A stretch of 64,000 nt of DNA, from positions 352,001-416,000 of the forward strand of contig OZ242296.1 in the NCBI GenBank assembly GCA_965207735.1, given 5' to 3'. Position numbers and translations under genes: made by a program. The notes under the pieces were generated by a model. The model was not told the DNA's origin. It made no database searches and worked only from the letters and a program-made list of their open reading frames with translations. This stretch comes from Candidatus Versatilivorator sp. Its GTDB lineage: Bacteria > Acidobacteriota > Terriglobia > Versatilivoradales > Versatilivoraceae. The stretch's first letter is position 1. Every line of letters starts with the position of its first letter. Below are positions 30,565-41,028 of this stretch, piece by piece.

Positions 30565-31559
30565 ACTTGACCCGTCTCGCGGACGCAGGTGCTCCAATGG
30601 TTTCAACGCCTCAAGTCAAGACGAGCTCCGGTGAGGCCGGGAACCTGCACAGGCCGGTGATGCTCTCCCAGGTCATCGAGTATCTGCGGCCTCAATCGAA
30701 AGGCGTCTATATCGATGCCACTCTTGGCCTGGGGGGGCATGCCCGGGCCATTCTGGATGAGTCGTCCCCCGAAGGGAGGCTCCTTGGGATCGATCGTGAC
30801 CGGGAGAGCCTGGAGAGGGCTGCCCTGGGGGTGGCCCGGTACGGAGGCCGTGTCGAGTTCCACCACGGAAATTTTGCCCAAGTGAAAGACATCGCCCGCC
30901 GCGTGCAATTCGAATCCTGCGACGGGATCCTGGCTGACCTGGGCCTTTCCTCCTTCCAGCTGGAGACGGCTGAACGCGGCTTCAGTTTTCAAAGATCCGG
31001 TCCACTGGATATGAGAATGGACACCGCCTCTCCACTGACGGCTGCCGAGGTGGTCAACCGCTTTCCGGAACCCAAGTTGGCGTCTCTGATTCACGCCTAT
31101 GGGGAAGAGCCGGGTTCTCGCCGGATCGCCCGGGCTATCGTGCGAGCCAGACCCCTGCAAGACACGCTCAGCCTGGCGGAGGTGGTATCGCGGGCGGTGC
31201 GCTCCCGCCGCCGGGCGAAAATTCATCCGGCCACGCGGACCTTTCAGGCGCTCAGAATTTTTGTCAATGACGAGTTGGAGGCGCTGGGTCAATTCGTCGC
31301 CAGCTCGATCGATTTGCTGAAGGCGGGGGGAAGGCTGGCAATCGTCAGCTTTCATTCTTTGGAGGACCGGATCGTGAAGGGCTCCTTGGGCTCCATGGCT
31401 CGGGGCTGTGTCTGCCCTCCAAGGATGCCAGTCTGCGTCTGCGGTCGGAAGAAACTGGTGAAGCTGGTCTGCCGCAAGCCTGTTTCGCCGACCGAAGCGG
31501 AAAAAATCAGCAATCCGCGTTCGAGAAGCGCCAGGCTGAGGGTGGCCGAACGGTTGTGA
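30561..31559 (+). CDS. rsmH: 16S rRNA C1402 methyltransferase
   Basis: HRPVML, DATLGLGGHA, TFQALRIFVNDEL, NPRSRSARLR. Confidence 0.96.
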   Translation: MNLTRLADAGAPMVSTPQVKTSSGEAGNLHRPVMLSQVIEYLRPQSKGVYIDATLGLGGHARAILDESSPEGRLLGIDRDRESLERAALGVARYGGRVEFHHGNFAQVKDIARRVQFESCDGILADLGLSSFQLETAERGFSFQRSGPLDMRMDTASPLTAAEVVNRFPEPKLASLIHAYGEEPGSRRIARAIVRARPLQDTLSLAEVVSRAVRSRRRAKIHPATRTFQALRIFVNDELEALGQFVASSIDLLKAGGRLAIVSFHSLEDRIVKGSLGSMARGCVCPPRMPVCVCGRKKLVKLVCRKPVSPTEAEKISNPRSRSARLRVAERL

Positions 31560-31618
31560 AGCCGTGACAGCTCCTTTGCGGTGCGTCTTTGACGGCATGG
31601 TTGAGGCGAGGAGGTCCG

Positions 31619-32044
31619 ATGACTGAGATCCACATGGTGAAACAGATCGACAATTCCAGGCTGGTCAAGGAGTTGGATTTTCAGAAGACCAGGGAGTGCT
31701 TGCTGCTCATGATCCTGGCAATGGCCTGTTTGATGGTGCTGCTCTTCCTGGCCTGGCAGCAGTTCGAGGTCATTCGCCAGGGCTATGAGCGTGAAGAGCT
31801 TCGGAAGGAAATCAAGCATCTGACTGAGATCAGCCGCCAACTCAAGCTGGAGCGGGCCACCTTGCGCAGTCCTCAGCGAATCGATCTGATCGCCAGAAAG
31901 CAGCTTGGACTCATCAGCCCTTCGTTTCACCAGATTGTGATCGAGTCCGCTCCCGAGGCGCCGCAACCGGCCGAGATTCTCATTGCAGCTCGGGAAGGCC
32001 GCGGAATGGACGCTCCCTCGGCCGGATTCGGAGCGCTTCCTTAG
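31619..32044 (+). CDS. ftsL: Cell division protein FtsL
   Basis: Single transmembrane segment plus coiled coil (LKLERATLRSPQRI); canonical position in the cluster. Confidence 0.88.
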   Translation: MTEIHMVKQIDNSRLVKELDFQKTRECLLLMILAMACLMVLLFLAWQQFEVIRQGYEREELRKEIKHLTEISRQLKLERATLRSPQRIDLIARKQLGLISPSFHQIVIESAPEAPQPAEILIAAREGRGMDAPSAGFGALP

Positions 32045-32155
32045 CCCGGCTTCCGGATTCCGGTTTCAGGTCGGCGGATCAGGTGGCAGTCCGGAATCCA
32101 GGGCGTCGAACCCCAATCCCAACGAAGCCTTTTCAATTCGTAGTGGGACCTTGCC

Positions 32156-34225
32156 ATGTCGGCCAAACGCCCAAAAGTATTCCAGACGCGTCTTGGCCTC
32201 TTGGTGCTCATTTTCGTTGCCTGGTCCTGCCTGATCGTCTTTCGCCTCGTCGACCTACAGATTGTCCGCTACCCGGAAATGCGGGAACGGGCCCGCCGTC
32301 AGCAAACCCGTGTGTTCGAGATCAGTCCCAAACGCGGGACGATATACGATCGCCGGAACAGGGAGCTGGCGGTCAGCATCAAGGTCGAGTCGGTATATGC
32401 AGTTCCCCTCGAAATCTCCGATAAGCCGCGTTCGGCCTCCCTCCTGGCCGCCACCCTGGGACTCGACCCGGGTAAGGTTCGGCGAAGACTGGAAGGGTCG
32501 CGAACATTCTGCTGGATCAAGCGGAAAGTGGACTTTCCCCAGGTCCAGAAGGTCCGGGAGTTAGGTCTGCCCGGCATTTATTTCGAGACGGAAAACAAGC
32601 GCTTCTATCCCAAGCGGGAGCTGGCTGCCCATGTCCTCGGCTACGTGGGCATGGACAACGAAGGGCTGGCCGGTTTGGAGCACCTGTATGAACGGGACGT
32701 GCGTGGAACGCCCGGCCGGATCCTGCTGCATATCGATGCCAGAAAACGGTACTTCAGCAGTGTCGAAAGGCCTCCCACGGCAGGGGCCGACCTGGTCTTG
32801 ACGATGGATGAGTCGATCCAGTACCTGGTGGAGCAGGAACTGCAGGCTCAGGTTGAGAAAAGCAGGGCTCGGGGCGGCACCGCCATCGTGATGAACCCGG
32901 CGACCGGCGCTATCCTGGCCATGGCCAACGTGCCCACGTTCAACCCGAATCACTATGGCCGTTATTCCGAATCGGCCTGGCGGAATCAGGCAATCCTCAA
33001 TATCTACGAGCCTGGATCCACCTTCAAGGTCTTTACGGCAGCCGCGGCACTGGAGGAAGGGTTGACCACCCCCGAGGAGCAGATTCATTGCATGAATGGC
33101 GGCATTGTGATTGGGAAGCACCGAATCCGGGACCACAAGCCCTTTGGCTGGCTGTCGGTTCGGGAAGTAATCGCGCGTTCCAGCAACGTCGGCGTCATCC
33201 AACTGGGCTTTCGGATCGGCAAGCAGCGGCTGGAGCGCTACCTCCGGCGCTACGGATTTGGCCGGCCCACCCAGGTGGATCTGCCCGGAGAAGCCAGAGG
33301 GTTGCTGCGTCCGGCTTCGGACTGGCACACGGTCACGCTGGGGACTATTTCCATGGGGCAGGGAATCGGGGTGACGCCCCTGCAAATGATCACGGCCGCG
33401 GGGATGATAGCCAACGGAGGCCATTGGATTCCCCCCCGCGTTGTGGAGCGGGTCCGCTCGGATCGGGTCTCCCGGAGTCCTTCCGAGTCCGGGGCCGGGG
33501 GCAGGAGAGTCCTGCGGAGAGAGACGGCTGAAACCATAAAGGAAATGATGAGCCTTGTGGTCTCCGAAGGAACGGGCAGGAGAGCTCGTCTGAGAGGCTT
33601 TTCGGCGGGGGGCAAGACCGGTACGGCCCAGAAAGTGAATGAGCGCGGCGGCTACTCCCACACCCGATTCATTGCCTCCTTCGTCGGTTTCGCTCCCGTC
33701 CGAAATCCGGCTCTCTCGATCGTGGTGTTGATCGATGAGCCTCGCGGCCTCTATTACGGCGGCCAGGTCGCCGCTCCCGTGTTCAAGAAGATTGCCGAGA
33801 AGACGCTGAATTATCTTTCGGTACCTCCCGATCAGCCGCGGCAGGAATGGAGGGACGACACCCGTGTCGCAGAACTCGGCGCCGAAGACAATCATTTGGA
33901 GGAACCCTTGTCGGATGCGGTTTCGTGGACTCCGGCCTCGCTGAACGGCGAGCAGGCATTGGGGCTCACCGAGGCGAGGGTGGAGGCTCGGCAGGAGCAG
34001 GATCTGGTGGGGGGCTACGAGGATGCGGCTATCGACGGCCTGGCCATGGTAGCCGTGCCCAATTTTGTGGGGAAGTCGCTTCGAGCGGTGATGATGGAGG
34101 GGACTCGGGCCCGATTACAGGTGGAGGCCCTGGGGGCCGGACTGGTGGTCCGGCAATCGCCAGCACCCGATTCCAAGGTGGCGCCGGGCTCGACGGTGAG
34201 GGTCCAGCTCAATCGAAAACTCTAA
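32156..34225 (+). CDS. ftsI: Class B penicillin-binding protein with PASTA domain
   Basis: RGTIYDR, EPGSTFK, SSN, KTGTAQ. Confidence 0.93.
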   Translation: MSAKRPKVFQTRLGLLVLIFVAWSCLIVFRLVDLQIVRYPEMRERARRQQTRVFEISPKRGTIYDRRNRELAVSIKVESVYAVPLEISDKPRSASLLAATLGLDPGKVRRRLEGSRTFCWIKRKVDFPQVQKVRELGLPGIYFETENKRFYPKRELAAHVLGYVGMDNEGLAGLEHLYERDVRGTPGRILLHIDARKRYFSSVERPPTAGADLVLTMDESIQYLVEQELQAQVEKSRARGGTAIVMNPATGAILAMANVPTFNPNHYGRYSESAWRNQAILNIYEPGSTFKVFTAAAALEEGLTTPEEQIHCMNGGIVIGKHRIRDHKPFGWLSVREVIARSSNVGVIQLGFRIGKQRLERYLRRYGFGRPTQVDLPGEARGLLRPASDWHTVTLGTISMGQGIGVTPLQMITAAGMIANGGHWIPPRVVERVRSDRVSRSPSESGAGGRRVLRRETAETIKEMMSLVVSEGTGRRARLRGFSAGGKTGTAQKVNERGGYSHTRFIASFVGFAPVRNPALSIVVLIDEPRGLYYGGQVAAPVFKKIAEKTLNYLSVPPDQPRQEWRDDTRVAELGAEDNHLEEPLSDAVSWTPASLNGEQALGLTEARVEARQEQDLVGGYEDAAIDGLAMVAVPNFVGKSLRAVMMEGTRARLQVEALGAGLVVRQSPAPDSKVAPGSTVRVQLNRKL

Positions 34226-34285
34226 CCCGCATGGCTCGCCGAGCTCCCCGGCGAGAGAGACAGGTAAGGATCGGCCGGTGGAACC

Positions 34286-35767
34286 ATGCAACTCCGGGAA
34301 CTGATCAGCAATGTCGAACTCATTGAGCCGCCCGAGTCTCCCGAAACCGAAATTTCAGGAATCGCCTACGATTCTCGGCAGGTCAGGAACGGATATCTCT
34401 TTGCAGCCATCCGGGGAGCTCGGACCGACGGCAATCGTTTTGTCAATCAGGCGGTCCAGCGTGGAGCCGGGGCAATCCTGTCGGAAAATCCCAAGCCGGC
34501 GGCATTTTCCCGGCCGTGGATCCGCGTCGAGCATGGTCGCCGGGCCCTGGCGCAAACCGCTGCCAATTATTTTGGTCACCCCACACGCGACCTGCACCTG
34601 GTGGGAGTGACCGGGACAAATGGCAAGACTTCGATTGCCTATCTGCTTGAGTCCATCCTGAGAACCGGGGGCTCACGGGTGGGGTTGATCAGCACGATCG
34701 CTTATCGAACCTCCGGGTGGTCGGCCCCGGCGGGGCTTACGACCCCCGAAAGCCTCGACCTGCAGGCGTTGTTCCGTCGCTTTCGGCAGAACGGCTGCCG
34801 CCAGGTGGTGATGGAGGTTTCCTCTCATGCGCTGGATCTCAACCGCGTCCATGCCAGCCGATTCGAAGTGGCCGTCTTCACCAATCTGTCGCCGGAGCAC
34901 CTGGACTACCATCAGTCCATGGACAGCTATTACCGGGCCAAAAAGCAATTGTTTGTGGACACCGGATACGGGCCGCCCGGGGTGTCCATTGTGAATGTGG
35001 ATGACAGCTGGGGACAGAAACTGGCAAACAGCATTCCGGGCCGATGCCTCACATTTTCCCTGAGGAACCCGGCCGATCTCGGAGTTCTCGAGTGCCAGTC
35101 GGGATGGAGGGGCATGCAAGTGCGCTTGCGGATACAGGAGGAGGAACTGGAGGTGCGTACCCCGCTATTGGGGAGCTTTAATCTCTCCAATCTTGTGGCC
35201 GCCGCCGCCGCCGCCAACAGCCTGGGAGTCGACCGGAAGGCCCTGAAAGTTGGAATCGAAGCCTGTCCGCCCATTCCAGGCCGGTTCGAACAAATCGATT
35301 GCGGCCAGTCCTTTCACGTGATCGTGGACTACGCCCATACCCCGGATGCGCTGCGCAACGTCCTCGTCACGGCCAGGGAACTGGGTTCGCAGAGGGTGTT
35401 GGTGCTATTCGGCTGCGGCGGCGAGCGGGACCGAGCCAAACGGCCGGCAATGGGGTCCATCGCCGAACAGCACAGCGACTGGGTCATGCTCACCTCCGAC
35501 AATGCCCGCGGTGAGGACCCCATGGCGATTCTGGGAGAGATCCAGGCCGGTTTTCGGTTCGATCGGCACGAAGCCGAGTCGGACCGACGGGAAGCGATTC
35601 GGCGGCTTTTTTTGCGGGCGGAATCGGGAGACGTGGTCATTCTGGCCGGCAAGGGACACGAGGTCGGCCAGCAGGAAGGCGGCCGGATCCGGCCCTTTGA
35701 CGATCGCCAGGTGGCCAGGGCAGTCCTTCGAGAGATGGATTATGGTGATGCGGCTTCCAGCCGGTGA
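34286..35767 (+). CDS. murE: UDP-MurNAc-tripeptide synthetase
   Basis: GTNGKTS, MEVSSH, DYAHTPD, SDNAR, AGKGHE. Confidence 0.95.
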   Translation: MQLRELISNVELIEPPESPETEISGIAYDSRQVRNGYLFAAIRGARTDGNRFVNQAVQRGAGAILSENPKPAAFSRPWIRVEHGRRALAQTAANYFGHPTRDLHLVGVTGTNGKTSIAYLLESILRTGGSRVGLISTIAYRTSGWSAPAGLTTPESLDLQALFRRFRQNGCRQVVMEVSSHALDLNRVHASRFEVAVFTNLSPEHLDYHQSMDSYYRAKKQLFVDTGYGPPGVSIVNVDDSWGQKLANSIPGRCLTFSLRNPADLGVLECQSGWRGMQVRLRIQEEELEVRTPLLGSFNLSNLVAAAAAANSLGVDRKALKVGIEACPPIPGRFEQIDCGQSFHVIVDYAHTPDALRNVLVTARELGSQRVLVLFGCGGERDRAKRPAMGSIAEQHSDWVMLTSDNARGEDPMAILGEIQAGFRFDRHEAESDRREAIRRLFLRAESGDVVILAGKGHEVGQQEGGRIRPFDDRQVARAVLREMDYGDAASSR

Positions 35768-37145
35768 AATCGCTCGAGCGGTGGGATCCTCAATCGATCC
35801 GTCCTACGGGCAGGCGGCGCCTTCGGGTTATTCCATCGATTCCCGAACCCTGAAGGCCGGGGACTGCTTCATTGCCATTCAAGGATCTCGCTTCGATGGC
35901 CACCAGTTCATTCCCGAGGCGGTGCGCAAAGGAGCCTCCCTGTTGATTCTCAGCCGAGAGGAGGCCGGCAAGTCGGCAGCGGCGACACCCTGTATCCTGG
36001 TGAAAGACACATTGCAGGCGCTTCAGCAGTTGGCCGGTTGGGTGCGCCGTCGTTGGGGGAAGCCCCTGATCGGGATCACGGGAAGCGTCGGCAAGACGAC
36101 TGCCAAAGACATTGCCAGCCACCTGCTGGCAAGCCGGTTCAAGGTTTTCAGGAACCATCGGAACTTCAACAACCACTACGGGCTGCCTCTCTCCCTGCTT
36201 CAACTGGAGTCCGAGCACCAAGTTGCCGTAATGGAGCTCGGGATGTCGGCCACAGGAGAAATCGCCAGGTTGAGTTGCATCGCTCGGCCCGATCTGGGCG
36301 TGGTGACCAACGTCAGACCGGTTCACCTGGAATTCTTCTCCTCCCTGGACGGCATCGCCAGGGCCAAGCGGGAACTCATTGAGCACCTTCCCGTCCGGGG
36401 AGTGGCCTTCCTGAACAACGACGATGCCCGCGTGCGCAAGTTCAGTCGTCATTTTGCGGGTGAGGTCGTCACCTTCGGCATTGAAAGGCCGGCGGCCTTC
36501 CGCGTCGACAGAATTGGTTGCCGGGGGTTGGGCGGATGCGAATTCAGGGTTCGGCATCGTGGTCGAAGCCACCGACTGACCTCGCCACTGCTGGGTGCCC
36601 ACAATGTCTCGAACTGTTTGCCCGGAATTGCTCTGGCCCATCGCATGGAAATGAGTTTCCAAGCCATCGCCGACCGACTTCTCAGCCTGGAGCCGGGTCA
36701 GGGCAGGGGAAAACCGCTGTTTTTCGAGCAGGGAATCTGCGTGGTGGATGACAGTTACAACTCCAATCCGGCCGCCCTGATGACCATGATGAGATTTCTC
36801 AAGGGGATCTCGGGTTATCGAAGGAAGATCCTGGTTGCGGGGGAAATGTTGGAACTGGGCTCCGACGCCCCTCGGTTCCACCAGGCATGTGGCAGGGCTG
36901 CGGCCGGCTGGGGTTTCGATCTGATCCTGGGCGTTCAGGGACTTGCCGATCAAGTGGTGACCTCGGCTAGAGCCTTCGGATACGATCCCGGCCGCTCGAT
37001 CTTTTTCGACGATTCAGTCGAAGCTGGCCAATGGCTGGCACCTCGCATTCGGCCCGGCGACCTGATACTGGTGAAGGGCTCACGAGGGGTGAGGACCGAG
37101 GGAGTTATAGAAAGGCTGAAAGAGGACTTCGCGCTTTCCGCCTGA
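35742..37145 (+). CDS. murF: UDP-MurNAc-pentapeptide synthetase
   Basis: ITGSVGKTT, NFNNHYGLP, DDSYNSNP, LVKGSRG. Confidence 0.95.
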   Translation: MVMRLPAGEIARAVGSSIDPSYGQAAPSGYSIDSRTLKAGDCFIAIQGSRFDGHQFIPEAVRKGASLLILSREEAGKSAAATPCILVKDTLQALQQLAGWVRRRWGKPLIGITGSVGKTTAKDIASHLLASRFKVFRNHRNFNNHYGLPLSLLQLESEHQVAVMELGMSATGEIARLSCIARPDLGVVTNVRPVHLEFFSSLDGIARAKRELIEHLPVRGVAFLNNDDARVRKFSRHFAGEVVTFGIERPAAFRVDRIGCRGLGGCEFRVRHRGRSHRLTSPLLGAHNVSNCLPGIALAHRMEMSFQAIADRLLSLEPGQGRGKPLFFEQGICVVDDSYNSNPAALMTMMRFLKGISGYRRKILVAGEMLELGSDAPRFHQACGRAAAGWGFDLILGVQGLADQVVTSARAFGYDPGRSIFFDDSVEAGQWLAPRIRPGDLILVKGSRGVRTEGVIERLKEDFALSA

Positions 37146-37239
37146 CATCCCGGCCCGGCCCCTGGAGTCCCGGCTTGGGGCCGATCGGCCGCGCCGGCGA
37201 GTGCATCGGGCTTCCCGGTGCGGAGGACAGCTTAAATCC

Positions 37240-38379
37240 ATGCTCTACCACCTTCTCTACGAGTGGCTGTTCGACATTTTCCCCGATGCCTCGCTACTCA
37301 ACGTCTTTCGCTATATCACCTTCAGGACGGCTTACGCCAGCATTACGGCGCTGGTCCTGGCTCTGATTCTGGGCCCCTGGCTCATTCGCCGCTTGCGCCA
37401 GTTCCAGGTGGAGCAGCACATCCGAGAAGAGGGTCCGAGTCATCACCGGGTCAAGGCCGGTACGCCGACCATGGGAGGTGTTCTGATCGTGGCCAGCACG
37501 GTGGTGCCCACCTTCCTTTGGACCGACCTCGGCAATCCGCTGGTGTGGGTCGGCCTGGGTGCGATGATCGGGTTCGGCGCCATCGGTTTCGCCGACGACA
37601 TCATCAAGATCAAGCGGCGCAGGAACCTGGGGCTGACGGTTCGGGTCAAGCTGGGGTTGCAGCTCTTCCTGAGCGTCGCCATTGCAGCCGGCCTGCTGCT
37701 TCTGAAGTCTCGCGGCGCCTATCAAACCGATCTGGCTGTTCCCTTCTTCAAGGATCTGCAGCCCAATCTGGTCTTGGATACCTTTGCCGGCTCCGCGCTT
37801 CATTTCCTGGACTTCCTTCCCTTCCTGCTGTTCGTGTTGGTGGTTCTGGTGGGATCTTCCAACGCCGTCAATCTGACCGACGGGTTGGACGGTCTTGCCA
37901 TTGGCTGCGTAGTGGTCGCCGCGGGGGCGCTGACCGTGCTGACCTATGTCACCAGCCACGCCTCCTTTGCCGGATACCTGGATATTCCTCACCAGGCCGA
38001 TGTCGGGGAGTTGACCATATTCTGCGGGGCCATGGTCGGCGCATCGCTGGGTTTTCTCTGGTACAACTGCCATCCGGCCGAGCTCTTCATGGGAGATGTG
38101 GGGTCCCTGTCCCTGGGCGGAGCCATCGGGACGGTGGCCGTGATCATCAAGCACGAAATCCTGCTGGTGGCCATCGCCGGTATTTTCGTTTTGGAGGCTC
38201 TGTCGGTGATGATTCAGGTCTCCTTCTTCAAGCTCCGGAAGAGACGGGTCTTCCGCATGGCTCCGCTGCACCACCACTTCGAGCTTCTGGGATGGACCGA
38301 ATCCAAGGTGGTGGTGCGCTTTTGGATCGCAGCTCTGATCTTTGCCTTGTTCAGCCTGACCACGCTCAAGCTGCGGTGA
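37240..38379 (+). CDS. mraY: Phospho-MurNAc-pentapeptide transferase
   Basis: GTPTMGG, NLTDGLDGL, FMGDVGS, MAPLHHHFE. Confidence 0.97.
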   Translation: MLYHLLYEWLFDIFPDASLLNVFRYITFRTAYASITALVLALILGPWLIRRLRQFQVEQHIREEGPSHHRVKAGTPTMGGVLIVASTVVPTFLWTDLGNPLVWVGLGAMIGFGAIGFADDIIKIKRRRNLGLTVRVKLGLQLFLSVAIAAGLLLLKSRGAYQTDLAVPFFKDLQPNLVLDTFAGSALHFLDFLPFLLFVLVVLVGSSNAVNLTDGLDGLAIGCVVVAAGALTVLTYVTSHASFAGYLDIPHQADVGELTIFCGAMVGASLGFLWYNCHPAELFMGDVGSLSLGGAIGTVAVIIKHEILLVAIAGIFVLEALSVMIQVSFFKLRKRRVFRMAPLHHHFELLGWTESKVVVRFWIAALIFALFSLTTLKLR

Positions 38380-38450
38380 GCTTCCTCGATGGCGGTCCTG
38401 TTCGGCAGACTGCAAGGCTCGCTTTTGGGCATCAACCGCGGGGAACGACG

Positions 38451-39806
38451 TTGGAAGCCGAACCGTTTGCAGGGAAAAAGGTGCTGGTGGTGGGAATGGC
38501 CCGCAGTGGAATCGCGGCTGCAAGGTTCCTGCAGACCAGGGGGGCTCGCGTGACAGTCTCGGATTGCCGGGGCCGCGGCCCGTTGGACCCGGAAATCCAG
38601 ACGCTGGAGGCGCTTGGGATCGATTGCGAGGTCGGCGGGCATCGGCCGGAAACGTTTCTAAACGCGGAATGCATCGTGGTGAGCCCTGGCGTTCCCCTTG
38701 AGCAGCCGGTTCTGAGGGGGGCAGCGCGCCGGGGAAAGGAAATTTTGAGCGAGATTGAGCTGGCCTCACGTTTCCTTCGAGGAAAAATCGTCGGAATCAC
38801 CGGCTCCAACGGAAAGACCACCACCACCACCTTGGTCGGGGACGTCCTCGGAGCTGCCGGCTTTCGGGTTCAGGTGGGTGGGAATATCGGAGTGCCCTTG
38901 ATCTCCCTGGTCGAAAGCTCCGCCTCCGACTCTATCAACGTGGTGGAGTTGAGCAGCTTCCAGTTGGAGGCTGTCTCTTCCTTTCGAGCCCACGTCGCCG
39001 TGATCCTGAACATTACCCCTGACCACATGGACCGATATCCCACCCTGGAAGCCTATGCGCGAGCCAAGCTGAACCTGTTGAAGAATCAGACAGACTCGGA
39101 CTTTGCGGTGTTGAATCGAGAGGACCGGCTGCTGCGCAACCTGGCCGCTCCCCCGGCCGCCCAAAAATACTGGTTCGGCACCACGGTTCCGGTGGATCAG
39201 GGGACCTGCCTGCAGAACGGCGCCCTGGTCTTCAGCCAAGGGGGCAAACGAGAGCAGATGGTCCGGGTGGAAGAGGTTCGGGTCAAAGGGCTTCACAACC
39301 TGGAAAACGTGGCCGCCGCGGTCACCGTGGCCCGTCTGCTGGGTGCATCGGTCCAGTCCATCCGGGAAAGCGTGGCCGGCTTTCGCGGTGTCTCCCACCG
39401 ACTGGAGTGGGTACGCGAGGTTCGTGGCGTCGAATTCTACAACGACTCCAAGGCCACCAATCCAGTTTCGGCCCAGAGGGCCTTGGAGGCCTTCGAGCAA
39501 CGGCTGATTCTGATTCTGGGCGGGCGCGACAAGGCCAGCGATTTTAGCCTGCTGAGTCCAGAGGTGAGCCGCCGGGTCAAGGGCCTGGTCCTCTTGGGGG
39601 AGGCCAGCCGCAAGATCGAATCCCAATTGGCCGGGACGGCTCCCGTGACCCGTGCCGCCAGCATGGAGGAGGCGGTCCGATTGGCATTTGGCCAGGCGGA
39701 CCCGGGAGAGGTGGTGCTGCTGGCCCCTGCCTGCTCCAGCTTCGACATGTTTCGGGACTACGAGGAACGAGGAAACGTGTTCAAGGAGGCGGTGAATCGC
39801 CTCTAG
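38451..39806 (+). CDS. murD: UDP-MurNAc-L-Ala--D-Glu ligase (start uncertain)
   Basis: GMARSG, GSNGKTTT, ELSSFQLE, NDSKATN, PACSSFDMF. Confidence 0.95.
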   Translation: MEAEPFAGKKVLVVGMARSGIAAARFLQTRGARVTVSDCRGRGPLDPEIQTLEALGIDCEVGGHRPETFLNAECIVVSPGVPLEQPVLRGAARRGKEILSEIELASRFLRGKIVGITGSNGKTTTTTLVGDVLGAAGFRVQVGGNIGVPLISLVESSASDSINVVELSSFQLEAVSSFRAHVAVILNITPDHMDRYPTLEAYARAKLNLLKNQTDSDFAVLNREDRLLRNLAAPPAAQKYWFGTTVPVDQGTCLQNGALVFSQGGKREQMVRVEEVRVKGLHNLENVAAAVTVARLLGASVQSIRESVAGFRGVSHRLEWVREVRGVEFYNDSKATNPVSAQRALEAFEQRLILILGGRDKASDFSLLSPEVSRRVKGLVLLGEASRKIESQLAGTAPVTRAASMEEAVRLAFGQADPGEVVLLAPACSSFDMFRDYEERGNVFKEAVNRL

Positions 39807-39859
39807 CCGCCGGGTATTCGAGGCCCCCGGCGGCCTATGACGGTTACGGATCGTTTCAA

Positions 39860-40951
39860 ATGGCGCGAAAGCTTTCTCCGGACAAGTTGCTGTTTGCCAC
39901 CACTCTGGCCCTGGTGCTTTCGGGAGTGGTCATGGTCTTCAGCGCCTCGGCCGTGCCGGCGGAAGAAAAGTTCGGCAGCCCCTACTACTTTCTGATTCGT
40001 CAGAGCGTGTGGACGCTATTGGGATTGATCGGCATGTGGTGGGCCATGCACGTCGACTATCGCTCCTATCGTCACCCGCTCTGTGTCTATGGAGGACTGT
40101 TCGTCTGTATTCTGCTGCTGGTTGGCGTATTCCTGATGGATCCCAACCACAATACCCACCGCTGGATTCGACTGGGGTCTCTGTCTTTTCAACCATCCGA
40201 GCTCAGCAAACCGGCCTTGGTCCTCTTCATGGCCTCCCTGCTGGAAAAGGAGGCGGCCCGGGTGAACGACTGGCGTCACACGCTTCTGCCCTGTCTGGCG
40301 GTGCTGGCTGTGGTGCTGGGCCTGATCGTCGCCGAGCCGGACCTGGGGACCTCCATCACCATTGCGGCAGTGGCATTCTTGCTGCTTTTTTGCGCCGGCC
40401 TGCGGCTCGCCTACGTGTTGGGTGCCTGCCTGCTGGCCATACCGCCCCTGTTTTGCCTGGTCTATTTTTTCGAGTACCGGCTGCAGCGTGTGCTTGCCTT
40501 CCTGAATCCGTGGGATGATCCCCTGGGATCGGGATTCCAGACCGTGCAGTCCATGATCGCCGTGGGGAGCGGGGGATTGACCGGCCTTGGCCTGATGGCG
40601 GGCAAGCAGAAGCTCTTCTACGTGCCGGAACCCCACACCGATTTCATCTACGCCGTCATCGGAGAAGAGTGGGGTCTGGTCGGTGCCCTGGCGGTGCTGG
40701 GACTGTTCAGCCTGTTCCTGTGGCGGGGTTTCCGCCTGTCCCTGAGGGCTCAGGACGGCTTCGGACGCTTTCTGGGGCTCGGCCTCACGGCCATGGTCGT
40801 GTGTCAGGCCTTTGTCAACATCAGCGTTGTATTGAGTTTGCTGCCCACCAAGGGAATTCCGCTTCCCTTCGTCAGCTCGGGCGGCTCGTCGTTGCTGGTC
40901 AGTCTGGTCAGTGTCGGTGTTCTGCTGAATATCTCTCAGCACTCCGATTGA
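39860..40951 (+). CDS. ftsW: SEDS peptidoglycan polymerase FtsW
   Basis: FQPSELSK, EPDLGT, PEPHTDFI, LPFVSSGGSS. Confidence 0.95.
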   Translation: MARKLSPDKLLFATTLALVLSGVVMVFSASAVPAEEKFGSPYYFLIRQSVWTLLGLIGMWWAMHVDYRSYRHPLCVYGGLFVCILLLVGVFLMDPNHNTHRWIRLGSLSFQPSELSKPALVLFMASLLEKEAARVNDWRHTLLPCLAVLAVVLGLIVAEPDLGTSITIAAVAFLLLFCAGLRLAYVLGACLLAIPPLFCLVYFFEYRLQRVLAFLNPWDDPLGSGFQTVQSMIAVGSGGLTGLGLMAGKQKLFYVPEPHTDFIYAVIGEEWGLVGALAVLGLFSLFLWRGFRLSLRAQDGFGRFLGLGLTAMVVCQAFVNISVVLSLLPTKGIPLPFVSSGGSSLLVSLVSVGVLLNISQHSD

Positions 40952-41028
40952 AGGGATAGCCTGCGCTACTGGGCAGGCAGGTTCTGATAGCGAGTTCAAC
41001 CGCGAGCCTTCGGGCTCGGGCGGGAAAG

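Noticed and set aside
37263-38450. 847-aa extended MurD (and 599-aa MurF)
   Set aside because: The extensions are off-frame read-through of the upstream genes mraY and murE
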